This document shows positions 54,101 to 64,000 of a stretch of DNA of 64,000 nt, one piece after another. The notes beneath the pieces were generated by a model. It was not told the DNA's origin, made no database searches, and was given only the letters and a program-made list of their open reading frames with translations. Each line of letters starts with the position of its first letter. Position 1 is the first letter of the stretch. Position numbers and translations under genes: made by a program. The DNA comes from Hyaloraphidium curvatum SAG 235-1 (Eukaryota; Fungi; Monoblepharomycota): NCBI GenBank assembly GCA_025558095.1, contig JAIVFI010000004.1:744001-808000 (forward strand), given 5' to 3'.

Positions 54101-57100
54101 CTTGGCTCACCGGCTCGAAACGGCGATCAAGGTGGGGGAGGTCGGCCTTGACTGTTATGACTCTCTGGCTGACGAACTTTCCAGGCTTGGATCGCGGAGT
54201 TCCAGCGGAACGGCTCCGAGGATACCGAGGCCGACCTCGGACGCACGTCGAGCTCCCGACGGCGCCACGCCCGAACCTCCATGACGGAGCTCCTCCCTCG
54301 CAACCTTGTCCTCGGCGAGGCGCCGACCCTGCCGGTGCTGGTTCACGAGATCAAGATCCGGAACCAGACCATGTTCCTGGATCCGCCGATCGAGAACGCG
54401 CGGGAGAAGATGTACCAGCAGCTGCACGATTGGCTTGGTATGTTTGGACAGCTTTCCCGCCGATGAGAGCTGAGCCGTCTCCCTGCCAGCCGTCGTGTGC
54501 ACGCTTCCTGCGATTCAGTCTTCGCGCTACGAGCTCGGACTCGATTTGGATGGCAGCACGAAGCGCAGCTCGTACGCGGACGTGGTGCGTACGGCCGTTA
54601 GCGCTCCTCAAGGTCTGATCTAACCAGCTGTCACTAGCTTGTCGACCTCACCGACGGCGGTCTCGAGAAGGCTTACACGGCCATTGAATCCAAGCTCCGG
54701 GATGTTTCGGAGTATGCCAAGGTCTGGCTTCAGTACCAGTCGCTCTGGGACCTGGACGCGGAGCAGGTCTACGCGAGCATCGGGGACGACGTTGCCCTGT
54801 GGCAGCAGCTCGTCACGGAGATCAAGGAAGCTCGCTCGACCTTCGACAACTCCGAAACGGAGCGGTCGTTCGGTTGCATCCTTGTCGATTACGAGCAGGT
54901 GCAGAGCAAGGTCAACGCCAAGTACGACCAGTGGCAGCGCGAGATCCTAAACAGGTTCGGAGTCAAGCTGGGCCAGGCGATGCGCGACTTCTTCCAGTCG
55001 CTGTCGTATGCCCGCGCCGAACTCGAGCAGCACACTACCCTGGACGGACCGAGCACTGCCGAGGCAGTGGCCTTCGTGACCGCGGTCCAGGAACTCCGCG
55101 GCAAGGGTCCTCAGTGGACCAAGGACATGGACTCGTTCCGGTCGGGACAGCGCACGCTCGAGCGGCAGCGTTTCCAATTCCCCGCGGATTGGCTCGACGT
55201 GGACCAGCTCGCCGGGGAGTGGAGCGCGTTTTCGGAGATCTTGCAGAGGCGGGTGGCGTCCATCCAGACCCAACTCGGTAAGCTGCTGGCGCTGCCGTCT
55301 GGTTCAGCTTTCTGACCGCGAGTTCCTTCAGCGACATTGCAGTCCAAGATCGTCGCCGAGGACCAGGTCGTCGAGGGCAAGATCAAGGCCATCCTCGCGG
55401 AGTGGGAAAAGACCAAGCCGGTCAAGGGCGACATCAAGCCCGGTGCCGCGACCAGTAGCCTTACCATCTTTGAGGGCCGCGTCAATCGGCTCAAGGACGA
55501 GTACCAGCAGTTGTGCAAGGCCAAGGAGGCGCTGGACCTTGAGGGCATCATGGACGATCGCCTCTCGCCCGTGCTCGAGGAGCTCAAAGATCTCAAGGCG
55601 GTCTGGGCAGAGATCGGCAAGGTCTGGCACTCGGTCGTCGAGATCAAGGATACGCAGTGGGCGTCGGTGGTGCCTCGCAAGATCCGACAACAGCTCGACA
55701 ATCTGGTCAACCAGGCGAGGGAGCTGCCGGCCAAGATGCGCACGTATGCCGCCTACGACTACCTCCAGGAGGCCTTGAAGGGCTTCGTCAAGGTCAACGC
55801 CATCGTGGCGGACCTCAAGTCTGATGCCATGAGGGACCGGCATTGGCGCCAGCTCTTCAAGACCTTGAAGGTCGATGGCCGCGTGTCGCTCGCAGACATG
55901 ACGCTGGGAACAATTTGGGATCTCGACCTCCGCAAGAACGAGGCCAGCTTCAAGGAGGTCATCCTCATTGCGCAGGGCGAGATGGCTTTGGAGGAGTTCC
56001 TGCGCCAGGTTCGCGACACGTGGAACGGCTACGCGCTGGACCTGGTGAACTACCAGAACAAATGGTGGGTCCGTCCGTTGCCGTCCCTCGCCAAAGTCTG
56101 ATCGTAGCTCTGCACAGCCGCCTCATTCGCGGTTGGGACGAGCTGTTCACAAAGTGCGCCGAGAACCTCAGCAGCTTGTCGGCCATGAGGCACAGCCCGT
56201 ACTACAAGGTCTTCGAGGAGGAGGCTGTGGGATGGGAGGACAAGCTGAACCGCATCCACGTTCTTTTCGACCTTTGGATCGATGTCCAGCGCCAGTGGGT
56301 CTATCTGGAAGGGATCTTCAGCGGGAGTGCGGACATCAAGACGCTGCTGCCCGTGGAGAGCAACCGCTTCCAGAACATCAATGCCGAGTTCATGGCCGTG
56401 ATGAAGAAGGTCTACAAGTCGCCATTCGTTCTCGATGTCCTGAACATCCCCAGCATCCAGAAGTCGATGGAGCGCCTCGCGGACCTGCTTACAAAGATCC
56501 AGAAGGCTCTCGGAGAGTACTTGGAGCGGGAGAGGTCGGCGTTTCCTCGGTTTTACTTTGTCGGTGACGAGGACCTTCTCGAGATCATCGGCAACAGCAA
56601 GGACGTTTTCCGCATCCAGAAGCACTTTGCCAAGATGTTCGCGGGCGTGGCGAACATCTTGGTCAGCGATGAGGGTGACTCCATCCTCGGCATGGGATCC
56701 CGCGAGGGCGAGGTCATCCAGTTCCGCGCGCCGATAAAGCTCAAAAACTACTCGAGGATCAACGAGTGGCTGTCGGCTCTTGAGTCCGAAATGCGGAACA
56801 CGCTGGCGCTGCTGTTGACGGACGCTGTCTCGGACCTCGCTTCCATCTATCGCTCCTCCAAAGGGCTCCGATCGCCCGATTTTCTCCGGTGGATCGAGCG
56901 GTACCCCGCTCAAGTTTGCCTCCTCGCCGTGCAGGTCCTCTGGACCCAAACGGTCGAGACGGCCTTGAACTCCGCGGCTCCGAGGACGGCGATCCAGGTG
57001 CCCCTCGAAATCGTTGATAACGGACTCGCCATGCTCGCGGACGCGGTCTTGAAGGACTTGGCGGTCCTCACCCGGAGGAAGAGCGAACAGATCATCACCG

Positions 57101-60100
57101 AGTTGGTGCACCAGCGGGATGCCATCCGCCAGCAGCAGGAGCGCGGCGTGCAGGGTCCCAAGGACTTCAACTGGCTCTACTTCATGCGGTTCTACTTCAA
57201 CCCTGCGGCGGAGGAGCCCACGTCGAGGCTGACGATCCACATGGCGGACGCTTCGTTCGGCTACGGCTACGAGTACCTCGGGGTACCCGACAAGCTGGTC
57301 CAGACGGCTCTCACGGATCGTTGCTATCTGACGCTGACGCAGGCGCTGAAGGCGCGCATGGGCGGGTCGCCTTTCGGCCCCGCCGGGACCGGCAAGACGG
57401 AGTCCGTCAAAGCCCTGGGGAGCCAGTTTGGTCGCTTCGTTCTCGTCTTTTGCTGCGACGAGACATTCGATTTCCAGGCCATGGGGCGCATATTCGTCGG
57501 GCTGTGCCGCGTCGGCGCATGGGGCTGCTTCGACGAGTTCAACCGCTTGGAGGAGCGCATCATGAGTGCGGTGTCCCAGCAGATCCAGACGATCCAGGCA
57601 GGCCTCCAGGACGGGGCCGAGATCGACCTCATTGGCAAGAGCCTAAAGGTCGATCCCAGCACTGGCATCTTCATCACCATGAACCCCGGGTACGCCGGCC
57701 GGCAGAACCTGCCCGATAACCTCAAAAAGCTCTTCCGGAGCATCGCCATGACCAAGCCGGACCGCGAAGCCATCGCGCAGGTCATGCTGTTCTCGCAAGG
57801 TTTCCGAGCGGCAGAGATGCTGGCGTCGAAGATCGTGCCGTTCTTCAACCTGTGCCAGGAACAGCTGTCTCCGCAGTCACACTACGACTTTGGTCTCCGT
57901 GCCCTCAAGAGCGTGCTAGTGAGCGCCGGCAACATCAAGCGAGACCGCCTCGCGAGCGGTGGGACTGGTGCTTTGGCATCGGATCCGGTCTCGGAGCAGC
58001 AGGTGCTCATCCAGTCGGTTCACAAGACCATCGTGCCGAAGCTTGTCGCCGACGACATTCCTCTGCTGGAAAGGTGGGAAGCGCGCTCTACTTCGCCAGC
58101 TGAGTATCTGACGCACTACTCGCCACTACCCCAGCCTTTTGGACGACGTGTTCCCCTCTGTGGACCATGCCCCCGTCGACGTTGGTGTCTTGCTGACTGA
58201 ACTCAAGAGGGTCTGCGCGGAGCGCGGGTTCGTCGACGGCAATCTGTGGCTGGAGAAGGTGGTTCAGCTCTACCAGATCCAGCTGATCCACCACGGAGTC
58301 ATGATGGTCGGGCCCTCGGGAAGCGGCAAGACGAGTGCCTGGCAAGTCTTGCTCGCAGCACTGCAGAAGGTCGAAGGCGTCGAAGGTGTCGCGCACGTGA
58401 TCAACCCGAAAGCCATGTCGAAGGAGGAGCTCTACGGGTTCATGGACCCGACGACGAGGGAGTGGACCGACGGTCTGTTTACCCACGTCCTCCGCAAGAT
58501 TGTGGACAACGTGCGTGGAGAGAGCTCAAAGCGGCACTGGATCATTTTCGACGGCGACGTGGATCCCGAATGGGTCGAGAACCTCAACAGCGTGCTGGAT
58601 GACAACAAGCTGCTCACACTGCCCAATGGGGAACGTCTGAACCTGCCACCGAACGTCCGGATCATGTTTGAGGTCGATAACCTCAAGTATGCGACGCTGG
58701 CGACGGTCAGTCGATGCGGCATGGTGTGGTTCAGCAAGGAGGTCGTGACGCCGGCCATGATGCTGGCCAACTACTTGACCACGCTCCGGAACGCGCCCCT
58801 TGGTGACGTTGAGGAGGAGAGGCGACCGTCGGATGGGGCGCCGACTGAGTCTCCCCAGCTCGCCGTTCAGCGCCAGTGCGCCGAAATCTACGCGCCCTAC
58901 CTCGCGCCGGAAGGCTTGGCAGCGAAAGCGCTGGAGGTGGCGGAGAAGTCGGACCACATCATGGACTTCACAGTCGCCCGCGCCCTCGGAACCCTCTTCT
59001 CTCTGCTGAACAAGGTCGTCCGGAACGTTTTGGACTACAACACGCAGCACCCGGATTTCCCCATGGGTGCGGAGCAGCTGGAGCTGTACGTCACCAAGCG
59101 CTTCGTCTCGGCTTTGGCCTGGAGCTTTGCTGGCGATGCCAAGGCCGAGGTGCGGACCGCGATTGCGGACTTCATTCGTGATTCGACGACCCTGGACTTC
59201 CCCGGAGCGACCGCGGGACAGAGCATATTCGATTTCGACGTCAACATTTCGACGGGTGAATGGGTCGCTTGGCAGTCGCGCGTGCCCACCGTCGAGATCG
59301 AGACCCACCAGGTTGCATCGGCCGACGTCGTGATTCCCACCGTGGACACGGTCAGGCACGAGGACATCATTTACTCGTGGCTTTCCGAGCACAAGCCGTT
59401 GATCATGTGCGGTCCGCCCGGATCCGGCAAGACAATGACCCTGTTCAACGCTCTCCGCAAGCTCCCGGAGATGGAGGTCGTCGGGCTGAACTTCGCCAGC
59501 GCAACGACTCCCGAGCTCATCCTGAAGACGTTCGACCAGCATTGCGAGTACCGCAAGACTCCCACGGGGATGGTCCTCTCGCCGAATGCGATCGGCAAAT
59601 GGCTCGTCTTCTTCTGCGACGAAATCAACTTGCCCGCCACGGATAAGTACGGCACTCAGCGCGTCATCTCGTTCATGCGCCAGTTTGTCGAAAGCGGTGG
59701 CTTCTGGCGCGCCTCCGACAAGTCCTGGGTCAGGCTGGAGCGGATCCAGTTTGTCGGTGCCTGCAACCCGCCCACGGACCCGGGCCGTGTTCCGCTTTCG
59801 CACCGCTTCCTTCGACACGCCCCTGTCATCATGGTGGACTACCCCGGCGAAGCATCTCTGCAGCAGATATACGGCGCATTCAACCGCGCGGCGCTCAAGG
59901 TCATTCCGTCTCTGCGCGGATTCGGAGGCCCCGTCACCGCCGCAATGGTCGAGTTCTACCAGCGGTCGCAAGAGCGCTTCACCGCCGACATACAGGCCCA
60001 CTACATCTACAGCCCGCGTGAGCTCACTCGCTGGGTTCGGGGAATCTTCGAGACCATCAAGCCTCTTGAGACGCTGTCGCTCGAAGGGCTCGTTCGCATC

Positions 60101-63100
60101 TGGGCCCACGAAGCCCTGCGCCTGTTCCACGACCGGCTGGTCGACCAGGACGAGCGGGATTGGACCGAAAACCTCGTCAACGACGTCGCGGCCAAGCACT
60201 TCCCCACGGCCGATAAGTCGCAAGCGCTCGCGCGGCCGATCTTGTATTCCAACTGGCTGTCCAAGCACTACCTTCCCGTGGATCGCGAAGAGCTCCGGGA
60301 CTTTGTTCGCGCCAGACTTAAGGTGTTCTACGAGGAGGAGCTGGACGTGCCCTTGGTCCTCTTCAACGACGTGCTTGAGCATGTGCTTCGGATCGACCGT
60401 GTCTTCCGTCAAGTCCAGGGCCACCTGCTCCTCATCGGCGTCAGCGGGAGCGGAAAGGTATCGTGTCCTCCTCGTGGATCTCGTGGATTCCTGTTGCTTG
60501 ATCGGCGTTCCCCTCACAGACGACGCTTTCGCGGTTCGTCGCCTGGATGAACGGCCTGTCTGTGTTCCAGGTCAAGGTGCACAACAAGTACTCGGCGGCG
60601 GACTTCGACGAGGATCTCCGCACCGTTCTGAGGCGCGCGGGTGCAAAGGGCGAAAAGATTTGCTTCATCATGGACGAGTCGAACGTGTTGGACCCCGGCT
60701 TCCTCGAGCGCATGAACACCCTCTTGGCCAACGGCGAGGTTCCCGGCCTCTTTGAGGGCGATGAGTTCAACGCGCTCATGACCCAGGTCAAGGAAGGGTC
60801 GCAGCGGGAAGGACTCATGCTTGACTCGGCGGACGAGCTCTACCGCTGGTTCACGGCACAAGTCATGCGGAACCTGCACGTCGTGTTCACTATGAACCCT
60901 CCGCAGAGCGGTCTGGCGAGCCGGGCCGCAACGTCGCCCGCTCTCTTCAACCGCTGCGTTCTGGACTGGTTCGGGGACTGGTCCGACCAAGCTTTCTACC
61001 AGGTCGGAACCGAGTTCACAGGGGCCTTGGACCTCGATATCCCTACCTACTCGGCTCCCGCGACGTTCCCCATCGCGTACAAGGACCTCCTCATGCCGCC
61101 AACGTCGCGGAGTGCGGTCACCAACGCTTTTGTCTTCATTCATCAGTCTCTCTATGACATCAACCGGAGGCTGAGCCGCAAGTTCGGGCGCCAGAACTAC
61201 GTCACCCCTCGGCACTACCTCGATTTCATCAACCACTTCGTAAAGCTCTTCAACGAGAAGCGGGAGGATCTCGAGGACCAGCAGCGCCATCTTAACGTCG
61301 GCCTGGACAGGCTGCGAGAGACCGTGGCGAAGGTGGAAGAGCTGCGCTCCGAACTCGCGGTCAAGGAGCAGGAGCTCAAGACCAAGTCTGCGCTGGCGGA
61401 AAAGACCCTGTCGAAAGTCATCGACGAGCAGGAGCGGGCAAAGGAGCAGAAGGCGATCTCGGAGACGATCCAGAAGACGCTTGCCGAGAAAGATGCCGCG
61501 ATCCGCACGCGACGTGATACGGTCATGTCGGACCTCGCCAAAGCTGAGCCTGCCGTCATTGAGGCCCAGAAGAGCGTGAGCAACATCAAGCGCCAGCACC
61601 TTGTCGAGCTGCGCGCCATGGGCAGCCCGCCGGCCGCTGTTCAGATGGCGCTGGGAGCCGTCTGCGTCATGCTCGGGCACCCGGCTAACGACTGGAAGGC
61701 GGTGCAGTCGGTCATCAAGCGCGAGGACTTCATCACGAACGTCGTCAACTTCGACACGGAGAAGATGATGACGCCCCAGCTGCGGGACCAGATCACCAAG
61801 AACTACATCTCGGATCCCAACTTCAACTTCGAAACCATCAACCGCGCCAGCAAAGCCTGCGGCCCGCTGGCGCAGTGGGTGATTGCCCAGGTCACCTACT
61901 CCTCTATCATCGACCAGGTTGGACCGCTGCGGCAGGAAGTTTCCCAGCTCGAGACGGACGCGGCGAGCACCCGTTCCAGGGCGGCGACGATCGCCAAGAC
62001 AATCGCCGACCTCGAAGCCAGCATCGCGCGGTCGAAGGAGGAGTACGCAGCTCTCGTGACGGAACAGCAAGTCACCAAAGCGGAGATGGACCGCGTCACG
62101 ACGAAGGTGACGCGCAGTCTCAAGTTGCTGGAGAACCTGTCGTCCGAGAAAGGTCGCTGGTCGGCAACGAGCGAGAACTTTGACGCCCAGCTCACAACTA
62201 TCGTCGGCGACGTCATACTCGGGTCGGCCTTCCTCGCCTACGCCGGCTACTTTGACCAGTCGTACCGCGAGCAGCTCGTCTCGCTCTGGTGTGACCACTT
62301 GGAGAAGGCCGGCATCCAGTTCAAGCAGGACATTTCCCTTTCGGAATTCCTTTCGACGGCCGAGGAGAGGCTCGGCTGGGTCGCAAACTCGTTGCCTGCC
62401 GACGATCTTTGCACCGAGAACGCGATCATGCTCAAGAGGTTCAACCGGTTCCCGCTGATCATCGACCCGACCGGGCAGGCCACCACGTTCCTCCAGCAGG
62501 AGTTCAAGGCGAGGAAGATGACCACTGCCAGCTTCCTGGACGACGCTTTCGTCAAGAACCTGGAGAGTGCCTTGCGCTTCGGCAACCCGCTCCTGGTCGA
62601 GGACGTGGAGAGCTACGACCCCATCATGAACCCGGTGCTGAACCGGGAGCTGCGGCGCACCGGGGGCCGCGTTCTGATTCGGCTTGGGAGTCAGGAGATT
62701 GACTTCTCGCCCTCGTTCACCGCCTTCCTCAGCACCCGGGATCCGTCGATCGACTTCCCGCCTGACCTGAGCAGCCGCGTCACCTTCGTCAACTTCACCA
62801 TCACCAAGGCCAGCCTCCAGAGCCAGTGCCTGCACGAGGTCCTTAAGAGCGAGCGGGCCGACATTGACCAGAAGCGCACGGACCTCATCAAGCTCCAGGG
62901 CGAGTTCCAGCTTCGCCTGCGCCAGCTCGAAAAGTCGCTCCTCCAATCTCTGAACGACAGCAAGGGCAACATCCTGGACGACGACGTCGTCATGACGACA
63001 CTGGAGACGCTGAAGCAGGAGGCCGCCGAGGTCGCGAGGAAGATGGAGGAGACGGACCGGGTTATGGCCGAGGTGGAGGCGGTAACGCGGATCTACACGC

Positions 63101-64000
63101 CCCTCGCCCAGGCCTGCAGCGCCGTCTACTTCGTCTTGGAACAGCTCGGCATGCTGAACCACTTCTACCGCTTCGATCTGGACTACTTCAACGGCATTTT
63201 CCACTCTGTGCTCTACGAGAACAAGAACCTCGACGGGGTCAAGGACCCGAAGGAACGCCTTGCGATTCTCACGACGGACCTCTTCATGGTCACCTACCGG
63301 AGGACGGCGGTGTCTTTGCTCCACGAGGATCGGGTGGCATTTGCCGTTCTCTTGTCCCAGATTGTGCTCAAGGGATCGCCCGATCAGCTCGAGGAATCGG
63401 AAATGGACCTCTTCCTGTCTTCGATCGACAGCCTCGGGACCCCGGTCACGCGGCAGGGCGTCGCGGACCTCGTGGCCATCTTGGGCATGGATGCGGCACA
63501 TCGGGTGCCGCGCTTGTCCGAGATGCCGGCTTTCAAAGAGCTTAGGGACCATGTTCGGTCGAACGGCGAGGCATGGCGGACTGCCATTCATTCGGCTGAG
63601 GCCGAACGTCTCGTGCCGCACTGCTGGAAGGGCACCGGAACACCGAGTAAGTGCCGCTCTGCGCTTGTCTTTTGCCGGCATGCTGAACCAATCTCTCGCA
63701 GTCGATAACGCCTTCAAGCGCGTGTTGATCGTCAAGTTCCTCAAGCCGGACCGGCTCGTCGCGGCAGTTACCGAGTTTCTTCATGTCGCGCTTGCCGGTG
63801 CTTCGCTCAACGCGGAAGTGAACCTGCAGGAGCTCGTGCTGCGCGAGGTCAAGTCGTCGACCCCGATTGCCTTCTGCTCGGTTCCTGGCTACGATGCCAG
63901 CTACCGCGTCGAAGCCTTTGCCCGGGAGAACGGCCGCAAGTTGTCGGCGGTCGCGCTCGGATCCGCGGAAGGTTTCGCTGCTTCCGAATCCGTCATCCTC
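51122..64000 (+). CDS. DYNC1H1: Cytoplasmic dynein 1 heavy chain; multi-intron; continues past the window end
   Basis: Tail motifs [13 protein letters not shown] and AKNANEMF-like [30 protein letters not shown]; P-loops [31 protein letters not shown]|T; stalk with RASKACGPL; AAA5 [12 protein letters not shown]. Confidence 0.99.

Noticed and set aside
60514-63744. 1076-aa antisense ORF, plus similar long shadow ORFs (58526-60517, 32565-34844, 1617-3512, 29663-31582, 39979-41967)
   Set aside because: They lie opposite well-supported genes. Strong GC3 bias suppresses stop codons on the antisense strand, and the translations contain no recognisable motifs.
51122-64000. Split or frameshifted dynein gene suggested by the many separate ORFs
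   Set aside because: The breaks coincide with short GT-AG introns (e.g. 55277-55331, 60458-60519), and the domains continue in order.

Overview
This is compact, very GC-rich eukaryotic nuclear DNA. Evidence: many short (about 35-70 nt, a few longer) GT-AG introns with CTGAC/CTAAC-type branch points, and head-to-head gene pairs only about 100-250 bp apart. The gene content (Anp1/GT62 mannosyltransferase, fungal-type Tom20, an unsplit cytoplasmic dynein heavy chain, a PACRG homologue) suggests an early-diverging, chytrid- or monoblepharid-like fungus; this is an inference. About 30 protein-coding genes can be supported. Intron-rich housekeeping genes include the dynein heavy chain (from 51122, running off the window end), proteasome beta2, AIRAPL/ZFAND2B, a DUF1640 protein, an aldo-keto reductase and a CYTH/TTM enzyme; DNMT2 is intronless. 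Interleaved with these are ten intronless type II membrane (Golgi-style) glycan-building enzymes: GT62, a DUF3405-like protein, two EGF+GT14 proteins, two DUF707-like proteins, an O-FucT, a PLOD-type GT, and two membrane-anchored SAM methyltransferases. The most notable observations are: (1) a secreted Thr-rich gene invisible in the ORF track, built from symmetric phase-0 micro-exons with a duplicated exon+intron module (45748-47053); (2) a Tom20 receptor fused in frame to a SET/MYND-type domain; (3) a 31-32 bp-periodic array of an 18-bp palindrome, ATTTCCG-N4-CGGAAAT (35364-35665); (4) a trypsin/V8-like pseudoprotease (catalytic His replaced by Ser) joined to EGF-like, mucin and RCC1/BLIP-II modules; (5) a junction near 43635 where two apparently headless genes meet. 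No rRNA, tRNA, CRISPR array or recognisable transposase was found. Family assignments come from recognising motifs by eye, not from database searches. Most long ORFs in the track are antisense or shadow frames.
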